Shown: positions 12,796 through 24,427 of the stretch, piece by piece | Layout of the letters: each line of letters starts with the position of its first letter | Numbering within the stretch: the stretch's first letter is position 1 | From: Podarcis tiliguerta | Lineage: Eukaryota | Strand: one strand, 5' to 3' | DNA length: 64,000 bases | Assembly: GCA_965153285.1 (NCBI GenBank) | Contig: OZ229114.1 | Made by a program: the position numbers and the translations under genes | The notes under the pieces: generated by a model | Told to the model about the DNA's origin: nothing | Database searches by the model: none | The model's input: only the letters and a program-made list of their open reading frames with translations

Positions 12796-13460
12796 TAAGA
12801 ACCTAAGAAGAGCCTGCTGAACATTCAACTTCATTGGATATCCATGACTTCCAATGTTATGGGAGAGGAAGAACAATTTTTTTCTATCTATTTATAAACT
12901 TCATGTCACCTCTTATTTGCCTTCTCTCTAAATTGGGAAATCCCAACTACCACAATCATTTGGGTTGCCTTTTTCTGAACCTTTTCCAACTCTACAAGGT
13001 CTTATTTCGTGTGAGGAAACTAGCACTGCACACAGTATTCCAAATGTGGCTGTACCATAGATCTGTATAACCACCTTATTTGCTTTCAATTCCCTGCCTA
13101 ATGCTCCCTAGCATTGAATTTGCCTTTTTCACAGCTGCTGCACACTGAGGTGAACATCTTCATTGAGATATCCACTAGGATCCCTCATTCCTGGTCAGCC
13201 ACAGACAGATCCCCTGAGCATATATGTGAAATTATGAATCTTTTTTGCCCTGACTTTACACTTTGCATTGAACTGCGTTTTCCATTTTATTGACCATTCA
13301 CTCAGTTTGGAGTTGTCCTTTTGGAGCTCTTCACATTTTCTTTTTGTTTTAACAACCCTGAGCAATTTAGTATCATCAGCAAATTTGGCCACCTCTCTGT
13401 TCACTCCTAACTCTAGATCATTTATGATCAAGTTATAAACAGGTCCTAATACTTATCCTT
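12796..13460 (-). mobile_element. CR1 LINE fragment (RT C-terminus and 3' end)
   Basis: ORF 13195..13431 gives INDLELGVNREVAKFADDTKL...ELQKD...LSEWSIKW..QFNAKCKV, the CR1 RT FADD motif. The 3' terminus aagaacctaagaagagcctgctg is at 12797. Confidence 0.9.
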
Positions 13461-13564
13461 AATGTTTCCATTAAGATCCAAAAGCCTGGACAAATAAAAA
13501 TGTCTTCAGCCTTTATTTAAATGTATCAACTATGGGTGCCAACCAAATGTTGTTTAGGAAAAAC

Positions 13565-13725
13565 AGACTACCTTGGAAGGTGGTGGACTCTCCTTCACTG
13601 TAAGTTTTTTTAAAGGTGTTAGCTAGCCATCTATCAGGCATTCTTTAGTTGTGATTCCTGCACTGCAGGGGGTTGGACTAGAGTGATCCTTGAATCACTT
13701 CCACCTCTACAATTCTATTTTTCTG
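13565..13725 (+). mobile_element. CR1 3' end fragment
   Basis: gtggtggactctccttcactg...ttcctgcactgcagggggttggactaga...attctat, the classic CR1 3' terminus. Confidence 0.8.
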
Positions 13726-15313
13726 AGATTGTATAAATGGGCACAGTCACTAAGAATGACTTGTCACATGTCGTTGTCCTAACTGCCACGCCCACAGATG
13801 GGTCAGAAAGCAAGGCATCACCCACTGATCATAATACATGGTTTGGGTAGTTATTTGGGAGACATTCCTTTTAGGTACTTGAATCCAGAGTTGTTCTGGA
13901 CTTTATATGCTAGCAACTGTATGTTAGAAAATTAAGGATCACAATGTGAAAAAAATATTTTTATGGGACTTAGAAATGTAGCATGCAAACAGCTCCTGGA
14001 AGCAGTGACTTTGTGGAAAGACCCAAATTAGTCCTGTGAGTTGCAACCTAAATACTAAGAGGAACACAGAGGAACTCCAACATACCATGCCACTGTTACA
14101 ATATAGTTTAGCAAGCTGATATATTTGCTATGTACTGATACTAGCTGTTCCAGAAGCTCTTTTACAGTTGAAGACTTTGGTATAAAGAATGTTATATAGG
14201 ATATAAAAACAGACAGGATTTCTACCCAACAAGTATTTTGGCTAACCCAAATGGTAAAGACTGAGTTACCATGAATAGAGTCTGGATAGGAAAAGGTAGA
14301 CAAAGCACCACCCACAGTCTTGGTCAATCTACTTATAGAGTATGTTTTAAGGAACGATCTGAAACTGGAAACAGACTGACTAATGATGAAGGACATAAGT
14401 CCATGAAAAGGTTAAAATATGGGTGGGAAATATGGAATTAATAACACAGGTAGAGAAGAAGAAAAAGGAAAACTGGTACATACATTATACTTTTAGGGTG
14501 GTACCTGAATACAGTACTAACAAGTGGCAGCACCAAGAATAATAACATATATTTGAAGCGCATGCTCCCTTTTTTCTCTCTCCTTCGCCTTCCTTCTAGG
14601 ATAAATGCATTACCAAATGCCATGGAATTCAACAGCCTTTATGTTGCCTGTCCCAACATGCTTCAAGTTTACCAATTTCTTCCTTGAAACTAAACAGCTA
14701 ATTTGAAACCTTTGTTTTATTCATTATCTTTATAGGTGGCAAGACTAAGAGGTTGGCTGAACAAAGACCAGACAATGACTGCCAAGTGCATATGGTGGCT
14801 CACAGCTTGCCGTCGCCCCATTCTACTGCACCAACACAGCAGACTATTAAAAAGGAGCGCTGCTCATGCACTTTTGTCAGCAAGTTAAGTTACGCTTGGC
14901 AAAGGATGAAAACTGGAAAAGATTATGCTCCTTAAGAAGCAGCAAAGATGGAACCGATTGCTTGGAAACTGGAAATCTTGTTTCCATGTGGACAACAAGC
15001 TTTAGAACACAGGAAATTCTTTGCAATCTTTAGATTCTGCTATGCATTTCAAAGGTGAAATAAATAAGTACATCTGCAGGCATCACTCCTCACTGAACTG
15101 CTCATCAGGTTTTCATAGCACTCTTTGGGGCCTAGGGTCTGGGCCCTTGGAAGCAAAAATTAGGAATTGCTGGTGCCCTCTATTGACCAATAAAGGAATG
15201 TTTTGAGTGAAATTCTAAAACTGTGAATACAGAATATAGCATCAAAGAAATCAAAAGTGCAGTAAAATCACATGGGAGGGAGAAAGCAGAAGCCTCCCCA
15301 CAGCCCACCCCAA

Positions 15314-15586
15314 AAGATGAAGATGAAGAAGAAGAAGAAGAAGAAGAAGAAGAGTTTAGATTTGATATCCTGCCTTTCACTCCCTTTAAGGAGTCTCAAA
15401 GCGGCTAACATGCTCCTTTCCCTTCCTCCCCCACAACAAACACTCTGTGAGGTGAGTGGGGCTGAGAGACTTCAAAGAAGTGTGAATAGCCCAAGGTCAC
15501 CCAGCAGCTGCATGTGGAGGAGCGGAAACGCGAACCTGGTTCCCCAGATTACGAGACTACTGCTCTTAACCACTACACCACACTGG
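15314..15586 (-). mobile_element. Squam3-like tRNA-derived SINE with (CTT)n tail
   Basis: Minus strand reads ccagtgtggtgtagtggttaagagc...ggttcgcgtttccgctcctccacatgcagctgctgggtgaccttgggc...gatatcaaatctaaactc(ttc)n. A-box and B-box are present. Confidence 0.85.
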
Positions 15587-16792
15587 GTGAAAACCCTGAC
15601 AGCTCTTGATCGTACTAGATTGAATGCTTTCTTTTCACCAGGCTGCTTTCATTTGACAAATATTTTTACAAAAGCAAGATATGTGGAATCTCTCACACAA
15701 GCAGTACAATTTCAGGCATGAAGCACAAGGCACAATTAATCAGGTGTTTTTTGAGACCAGTTTACCTCATAGTATGTGCTCTGGTAATCTTCCCCCACAT
15801 CTAGCACTCAGCAAGCCAACATTTCCAGAATGACAGCTCAACCCTTGAGCTCAACCCACATGGTATTGGTAGAAGGTAATGTCTGGAATTATCCCATGAT
15901 CACCAAATGCTTATCAGAAAGACAGTGGGATTATGTGGGGCAGTGAAGAATGGAGGACACACAAAAAATCCCACAATAAAAATGCCTCATATAAGCAAGC
16001 ATTGGATATGTAACATAACTGTAAGGAAAGTCTGAAAAGAAGTATGAGCTTCTTTGGCCTCTCTTGTGAAACAACATTTCCATGGAACTTAATCATGATT
16101 CTAGTACAGAAAATTCTGGGAAAGCTGAGCATGTGAATGGGGTTTGAAATTCTTATCTTAACAGTTAGGCACACTTGAACTATCAGCAGCAAGGTAAAGA
16201 TCACTTCTCTTTTACAATGCTAACAGGAGCATGTTTTTGAGACAATCCTATGTTCTAATCTTAGACAGTTAAGCGTCTAAAAGAGACCCTTGACAAATCT
16301 CATTTGTGTGAGAAGACTTGTAATTAACAGAATTCACTTGCATGGCAACACAGCTACCCCAATGCTTGGTACTACCCCTAAACCCAATACACAAATTATT
16401 AATATCAATGACATAGGAAACTCAGCCGCCACCCCTACCTAAAATGTCCTCATAGTTGCACTGAAGCAACTTAACTGTGATATTGCAACTTTCATGCCTA
16501 TAAACCATCCAAACAAATGCTGGAATCAGATGCAATGGATGGATGAAAGCATTCCAAAGGACTATCAGCTGAACAGAACCACCTTTTAAGACAGCCCCTC
16601 ATCTCACAACAGATATCACAATAACCATGCCAACTACAGAGATGCTTTTCTTCTTCTTCTTCTTCTGAGGGTGGGAGGAGGAAAAGACTGTACTTGCCAG
16701 CACTAATTATAAAGCCATACAGATGCAGCACTTTTTCAAATGTCTATCTGTGTGTGAGAGAGGAACCATGTCTATGCAGAGAGCACTTTTTA

Positions 16793-17618
16793 NNNNNNNN
16801 NNNNNNNNNNNNNNNNNNNNNNNNNNNNNNNNNNNNNNNNNNNNNNNNNNNNNNNNNNNNNNNNNNNNNNNNNNNNNNNNNNNNNNNNNNNNNNNNNNNN
16901 NNNNNNNNNNNNNNNNNNNNNNNNNNNNNNNNNNNNNNNNNNNNNNNNNNNNNNNNNNNNNNNNNNNNNNNNNNNNNNNNNNNNNNNNNNNNNNNNNNNN
17001 NNNNAAAAGGAGTTCATTTCTGGGCCTTGTGCGTTCATGCTAGTATGCAGAAACTGATTAATTGTCGTCGTGTGCTGGTCGGCTGTNNNNNNNNNNNNNN
17101 NNNNNNNNNNNNNNNNNNNNNNNNNNNNNNNNNNNNNNNNNNNNNNNNNNNNNNNNNNNNNNNNNNNNNNNNNNNNNNNNNNNNNNNNNNNNNNNNNNNN
17201 NNNNNNNNNNNNNNNNNNNNNNNNNNNNNNNNNNNNNNNNNNNNNNNNNNNNNNNNNNNNNNNNNNNNNNNNNNNNNNNNNNNNNNNNNNNNNNNNNNNN
17301 NNNNNNNNNNNNNNNNNNNNNNNNNNNNNNNNNNNNNNNNNNNNNNNNNNNNNNNNNNNNNNNNNNNNNNNNNNNNNNNNNNNNNNNNNNNNNNACAGCT
17401 GAGCATCTCCTTTGCACAAAGCCCCCAAGCGCAAGGCTNNNNNNNNNNNNNNNNNNNNNNNNNNNNNNNNNNNNNNNNNNNNNNNNNNNNNNNNNNNNNN
17501 NNNNNNNNNNNNNNNNNNNNNNNNNNNNNNNNNNNNNNNNNNNNNNNNNNNNNNNNNNNNNNNNNNNNNNNNNNNNNNNNNNNNNNNNNNNNNNNNNNNN
17601 NNNNNNNNNNNNNNNNNN
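16793..17618. other. Three assembly gaps (16793-17004, 17087-17394, 17439-17618) with 82-bp and 44-bp islands between them
   Basis: Runs of N. Confidence 1.
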
Positions 17619-20132
17619 GGAAAAATATATATTGTTTATGCAGGCAAAACACTTGTCATTATCCCAGAGGCCAGAATTGGTCTTTAAAACATCCTATTGC
17701 CTTTAAAACCTGCAACCAATAAGGAAAATTGCATGCTTGCTTTTGGGGGAGAAAAGCAGTTACAAATGTCTTGTCATGTGCATTCCCTATTTTAGCAGAG
17801 CTTCTGGTGACAAACAAATCTCTTCCAAACAAGTAGGACTTATGCAAGCCAATGTATATGAATAGACAAGGATATCTGGAACAGGGGCAGAGGGAGATGA
17901 GAAGAGAAATGAAATGAGCTGGTAGGGATTAAACATGTATAGCTTGACATGAGCATTTCTGGTCTATAAAACTGAGACACAGAAGCAGCAGAGTCAGTTT
18001 GCAACTAATTCCGTAAGTACCTCAAGGACAATCTATAAGGTCAAACACAACATTCTAGGTACTTTGGCAGGCTGATGTTAAGTTTCCTGGTAGTCCAGGG
18101 GAGAGGTTTTTGTGCCCAAATTGGATTTCTTAATCTTGTGGGACACTGCAGGGGGTAAGCAAGTAAGGGCTGAAAAAATTCATTTGAATTACTTTTGCGA
18201 CTCTGCCACAGTATGGATTAAAGAGAAGGAGGGAAATAAATGCCAATCTAATGGTTGCAGGAGAGTAAAATTCCTATAGTCCCTTTCCAATAACCTTTGT
18301 AAGTGATAGATGAGTTCAAGAGCCTTGCAACTGTAAAGGGACCGTCAGCATCCCGATTTCATAAATGCAGTTTGTCAGATTATAAATCTCAGCTCCTTCA
18401 AAAAGCACTAGTATGAAAACTGACATAGCTTGTGCAAAAGAAAATGTAAACTTCTTTACAAAAATTATGGGCTCAACACCCAATTAAATCATTTAACAGA
18501 CTCCATTCTCTCATCTCAAGAAAAATAACACACTTATGGCCAAAATACAACTTTTGCAATGTTAACGTTTTGAAGATAAGAATCAGGAAGCAATGCCAAA
18601 CAGAAACAAACCTCAGACTAGTTCACCAAACTATAGAGAATGGCTTGAGCCCTGAAGAACTGTGTCAATGATCTGCTCTCTGAACATTCAAACACACTGC
18701 AACAAACCAGCAATGCAAACTGCATTTTCCTAGCTTTTAAGAAGTTTCATGTAACTGAAATTTTTATTTGTAAGAGGCTTATGTTTACACAAATATGGAA
18801 GTAATTTATATTATCATCAATTAAAGGGAGAGTGTGGGAATGTAAAAATCTTTACAGGTAGTCTCCCTAGTCATCTGATCCAGTGCTATAGGAAATGAGT
18901 TTGTTTCCTACAAATTAAAAATACAGGCACTCATGTGTCTAACTCTAGCTTTTAAGGCAAGTTTTAAAGAAACAAATAAGCAATTCCTATAAGGGTGGTG
19001 GAAGGGGACAATATGAAACGGTACTTTTCTTACCATGCTGAAGCACAGTATTGACTTCATAATATAACCTATCTATTTATTATTTTGAGCCATATCTAAA
19101 AATGCTACAACAGCATGTGTCACTGCAGAGATGGGCATCAAAACTTCACCAAAACACAAAGCAAAGTCAATGGCCACTTCTTTTTCTTAATTTCAAATTA
19201 TTCATTTATTGAAAAGATTACAGTCAAAATACTTCAGTATCATACAACGGCATGTATAAAAGCCCATGTGCATGAAAATGATAAAAGATTTTCAAAATCA
19301 TCTAAGATTAATATAGCCAGATTCTTGTAAAATAAAAAGAAGCAACCTAGATTATTTTAAGAGCACTAAGTTTTATCTATTAAACAGAGTCTATGAAAGA
19401 AGGAAGTCTTCCTGGCTCATATTTATTTCCTAGGAATTTAAAAAGGAACAAAAGTGGTACATTTTAAAATATTCACAGTTTTGAACCTTAAAAGCTAGTT
19501 AACTAGTTCGCTTCGATAGCATCTTATTTATACAAGTATATATCCAGAGAGTTTCTGAGTATAATTTTCCACATATTAAGTGAAGAACATTTGCTTCTGC
19601 TAATCAGGACATCTGGTTATTTTTATAACTCAGACATCTGCATTAAGCGGAGCTGTTTCTTAATTTTCCTAACAAGAAGTTAAGATTAGAACTACAGAAA
19701 TGTTAAGGAATTGTTTGTGGGTTTTCTTTTTAAATACAGTATGTATTTTTATTACCTTTTTTGACTATACAATTTTATGGCTAAAGGACATTCAACCATA
19801 TTTACCAACACATTTTTAGAATAATAGGACAATAGGTAAACTGCAATACCAACCAAGAAATGTTTATAAGTTACTATCTATTGAAATCTCTATGTCTATT
19901 CTCTACATTGCTCATATGTTCTCCCCTACTGTGTTGTCGCTTCCCCCCAAAGTTACTCTTTGAAGTTTTATGTAAATCCAGCTTTGGCCTTCTATAATTG
20001 CAAAATGTTGGAAGGTACAATTTGTGGGCTCCGCTTTAACTTGCAACAATGCTACATCAAAGAGGGAAACCAGGTCATATGCAACTGGAATGAATCTTTG
20101 CTTGTTTGCTCCATTTTCATATCTTTGTTTAC

Positions 20133-20385
20133 CAAGGGTCAGCAAACCTTTTCAGCAGGGGGCCGGTCCACTGTCCCTCAGACCTTGTGGGGGGCTGGAC
20201 TATATTTTGGAAAAAAATAATGAACGAATTCCTATGCCCCACAAATAAAATAAAGAGATGCATGTTAAATAAAAGGGCACATTCTACTCATGTAAAAACA
20301 CGCTGATTCCAGGACCATCCGTGGGCTGGATTTAGAAGGCGATTGGGCTGGATCCAGCCCCCGGGCCTTAGTTTGCCTACCCAAC
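20133..20385. mobile_element. hAT-type MITE
   Basis: Termini caagggtcagcaaac / gtttgcctaccc with GC-rich gggccgg subterminal motifs. No TSD recognised. Confidence 0.75.
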
Positions 20386-20817
20386 ACACAATACTTTTAA
20401 AATGCTGGATTCCAGCATAGAAGAAGCATCAAATTCAAGAATTGGTCACTTTCATTCTCCCCTCTGCAATGTAATTTAAAACTTTCATGAAGAAAACAAG
20501 TTGTCTAAGAACACTTTCCGAGGAGAGAAAGAACAGCACAAAAACAGACTTTGAACCAATAGTGATATGTCACAGGGGTATCAAAAACATATTTCTATCA
20601 CTAACAAGAGGCAGCAGGAGTCAAAAGGTCTGGGGAGGCATTCTTTTTTAAACACTTTATTTATTAAAATTCTCTAGACACAGATTCTTCTCAATATTAT
20701 AGCTTAATCTGCATGGGAGCTGCAGGCACTTGAAAAATGCATTATAAGGTAGGCTAGCTTCACTGTACATTCTGTATCAATCTTTCCAGATACAGCTTTC
20801 TAACTTGTACTCCAATA

Positions 20818-21017
20818 CAGTGGTACCTCTGGTTACGAACGCTTCAGGTTACGAGCTCCGCTAACCCAGAAGTAGCTGCTCCTGGTTGCAAACTTTGCCC
20901 CAGGATGAGAACGGAAATTGTGTGCTGGAGGCGCGCGCACAGCGGGAAACCCCACGCCTCACGTGCTTAAGAATGGACCTCTGGGACGAATTAAGTTCGT
21001 AACCAGAGGTACTACTG
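20818..21017. mobile_element. Tc1/mariner (Tigger/pogo-like) MITE, 200 bp, TA TSD
   Basis: TIRs cagtggtacctctggttacgaac / gttcgtaaccagaggtactactg (22/23), flanked by TA on both sides. Confidence 0.92.
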
Positions 21018-22647
21018 TATTTGTATCTGCTATACAAAGCCAGATCCAATGTCTCTTAAAAGTAGCTGAACCCAGAACTCTCTTACCAATCCTACCCCAT
21101 AAAACATATCCAGCATTCCTTCTGACAACTCCATACATCTTATACCATCTTTAGGTCCTCATGATCTTGTTATGCAAACCCACTTCCCTGCTTGATGACC
21201 TAATGCCAAGATCACCTTCAGATCCATGGGCATTAATGGGCCTGACCCAAGGCTACCCTTTGAAAACAGCAACCAGTTGGGAGAAAAGTGAGAGTGAGGA
21301 TTCAAACTTAATTCTTGGTAAAACTAAGTGATGGAAATGCATGAACTGTATGATTCAAGCACATATGGCATCCTTTTGAAGCCTATTGCTTGTTTAACCT
21401 CTTTCCTTGCCTAGCTCTTTGTATGTCACACCTAAGTACTTGCAGCATAGTGATCTGAAGAGCTGAAGGAGCCAAGAGAAATAATTTTTACAGAACTGAT
21501 CGACAATGTCTTGTGGCTCCTTGCTGGAAATAAGCACAGGGATAAGTTCCTCTTGAGGAGTTCCTGGTACAGAAGCTTGAGGAATTCAATTTCTGTGAAT
21601 TCCAATATGACCTGCTCTGATCTGCGCTTCTTGGATTAATGCATGGAATGGAACAGGATCATGTTTCAGATTTTGCATATTTTTTTTGCATATTTTAATG
21701 AAGTTTTCAATTCAAAAAAGTACCAAAATAAAAGTATTTTCAAATAGAATACATTTAAAAATGTGACACTATGATAAAATATGTATTTAAATATCGGTAC
21801 TTATTTGTGATAAAATAAATATTTAAATTCAAATTTTAAAGCATATTTAAAGAATTGACCATGAATATGATATGGACTTGAAAACAGAACGATCCATCCA
21901 TTCTAGCTTTTTGCTGACCCACAAGCTCCTTTCCTTATTATCTGAACCCTTGACTCACACCAGAAGCTACCCTCTATACAAAAATATGAAGCACTACATA
22001 GCTTTCAGCTGTTGTTCCCAGTTTCTCAACTTGTGATGGTCAAACAATGTGGGGTGGTCCAATTCCTCTCCTCCCACCCTTCTCATTCATCCCTCTTCCT
22101 AATGAAGCATACTACCTGCTTTCTGCACCAAAGTTACTGGCCATCACTAGAGTGTGTAATTATCACTACTGCAGTCTAGAAATCAGTCTTGCTCTTTGAA
22201 ATAAGTAGTCCATACCCTACTGATGTGTGTATAAAACCTAACAGAGGAGAGCCACCTAAGAAGTTTTATAACAGGGTGAAAGATCCCACAGTAATTTAAG
22301 ATTCACCGAGAGACCTGCTATTAAGAATGGGGGACAGACTGAGGGGGAAGCTACTACATATCATTAGAGAACAGAACTACTGCTTCACCTTGCTCATTGC
22401 CCAGTGATTGAGAGAGGCTGCTTGGCCAGGTTAAGGGAGCAGCTGACCCCCACACCCAGCTACAAAGACAGCAGACTACTAATGCATTGTGCTAGGGGGA
22501 TGTGGCAGATCACTACGGCAAGAGGCACAGGTTTTTGCTTACAGACACATACATATACAAAGCAACCACCGAAACTTTGCTTGCTTTCTTTGTTTTCTGT
22601 AGATTTGTTTGTTATGTAGAGTCTTGTTTGCATTTGCACAAAAACTC

Positions 22648-22680
22648 AATAAAATAAATAAAATAAAATAATATAAAATA
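22648..22680. repeat. (AAAAT)n-like AT repeat
   Basis: Read directly from the sequence. Confidence 0.85.
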
Positions 22681-23021
22681 GTAACCACAAAACACATATG
22701 GTAGCTTTTCTTTCCTGTTCTAACATACTGTACTCTGTTTTCAGGATACAGCACATGGATAATTCCAAAGCAAAAGTTGCGGGGGGAATCAAACATACTT
22801 CACCCAGCATGGAACAAAATTCCAAGCAAATCATGTTGCCAGCTTATGATGCATCGTTCCTCTATTGTGCTGTTTATCCATTGCTATTTTACTATGGTGT
22901 ACCCCTCTACATCACTATGATCGAATCCTTAAAAACAAGGGTTTCAATTAACAAAATCTAACTTTGGAAAGCAATCTATCCATCAAAAGAATAGTTTCCA
23001 AAGGAATAAACATTTCCTCAC

Positions 23022-23063
23022 CGACTGAGACAGGGATGTTAGTTTCCCTTTGGTTCCATCAAA
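23022..23063 (-). CDS. BTRC: Candidate alternative 42-nt in-frame cassette exon of BTRC (FDGTKGKLTSLSQS)
   Basis: attcctgccttccacgttgctgtag|TTT GAT GGA ACC AAA GGG AAA CTA ACA TCC CTG TCT CAG TCG|gtgagg. Phase 0-0 fits between exons 2 and 3 with no stop. No transcript evidence available. Confidence 0.5.
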
Positions 23064-23329
23064 CTACAGCAACGTGGAAGGCAGGAATATTTGTACAGAA
23101 CAGCTCTTCTACCTAAAGGCCAGTCAGATTTTTGGTTTTTAAAGAAAACTGTACAGCTTTAAGCCAGGGTGTATTAAAAGCCACTATTCACACTCCCTTG
23201 CTTGGACATGAATGGCCTATTAAACCTACAACATATCTGTTTTAGTTAACTTCTGGGTGGGGAGGGGAACAGGAGAGAAACAAAATGTACTTAAATGCAG
23301 GGCTCCCCCCCCCCTCCCTTGGGCTGAAT

Positions 23330-23730
23330 GCCTTTCATCCAATAAGACATTCAAAGCAGTGACCCAGCAAATGGATTGAAAAAGCAATCTTCCGTCTGAG
23401 TGCCACATTATCCTTCCTATTCAGTATTCTCCGAGAGAGATCTCAATCAGCTGGGTGCGTGTGTAAGAGACAGCGCAGCCCATTGCTGGGTTAATTAAAC
23501 ATTTGACTTTAACACCCTCCCATCATTAAGCAAATAAAAACAGATAATTCAAACCACACTTCATACATAAGGTACACAACAGACGTCAAAAATTTAGAGA
23601 GGCCCAGGCCCCCAGGGGAGTTCCACTGGGGAGATAATCAGTTTAAATCTTAGCTGGTTTATCAATTATTCTATTGATTAAAGTGGAGTGATTATGCAAG
23701 ACTCTGCTTTGCCACATGGGATAAACGTCA
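23330..23730. promoter_or_regulatory. Putative conserved non-coding element or enhancer in BTRC intron 2
   Basis: No recognisable repeats and CpGs retained. Contains TTAATTAA, TTATCAATTA (23659-68), TATTGATTA (23672-80), a CAGCTG E-box and two ACGTCA half-CRE sites. Conservation is inferred, not measured. Confidence 0.55.
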
Positions 23731-24392
23731 GAGCAAGACAAACTCGGAAGGCTCAAAACAGTTTTGGAAAGCCAAGAGACCAATATGAGTTCATTACAAC
23801 TCACTTGAGGCACACAGATGAGAAAACGGATTTTGCTTTGTTTATTTTAGGGTGACAGAAGCATTTCTGATCAGAACGCTTTCTGTGTGGTTATCTCAAC
23901 TGAAGCTTTACAAAAATGCATGTCATGGAATTTAGGCATCTTTTTCTGCACATTCAAATAGAAAACTAATCCTGGAATACATTTACTAGATAATTAAAGA
24001 TACAGAATTTCTTGTGCCCAAACAGGCACTTAAGTATCTTACAGCACTCATACGTACCTTCTGGTCATTGGGATTTTGAGTCAAAAATTCACACGTCTTA
24101 TAATTTGGGAGTTGGGGAAACCTGAGCTTTAAAACTGATCAGATTTTAGCAACAAAGTGACATCATAAAGTAGTTGGGGGCAAGGGCAAGGCAAAAAGGA
24201 GGGCTATATAGTCACTGCATTGCGGTCCAGGAAAAAAAGCAGGAAGAGGTTCTATTCACACCACCATTTTTCTGAGGCCCAAGGGGGGTTGAGGGGGATT
24301 AAATTTAGAAAATCTGAAGAAAGGAACAAAAAGTATACCAGAAACTGTGTGCCTTTCAATGTACAAATTCCAATCAGAGGAGAAATAATCTT

Positions 24393-24427
24393 CACACACA
24401 CAAACACACACACACACACACACACAT
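24393..24427. repeat. (CA)n microsatellite, interrupted
   Basis: Read directly from the sequence. Confidence 0.95.

Noticed and set aside
15223-15721. ORFs with poly-E, poly-K and poly-S tracts
   Set aside because: They are translations of the (CTT)n tail and body of a Squam3-like SINE.
17065-17083. Peptide RRVLVG, identical to a stretch of a beta-TrCP WD40 repeat
   Set aside because: Only 6 aa, on the opposite strand to BTRC, flanking residues do not match, and it lies in an 82-bp island between gaps. Most likely chance.
16694-17722. Longest ORFs in the track (342, 214 and 205 aa), and those spanning 9937-10068 and 27541-27696
   Set aside because: They are open only because runs of N contain no stop codons.
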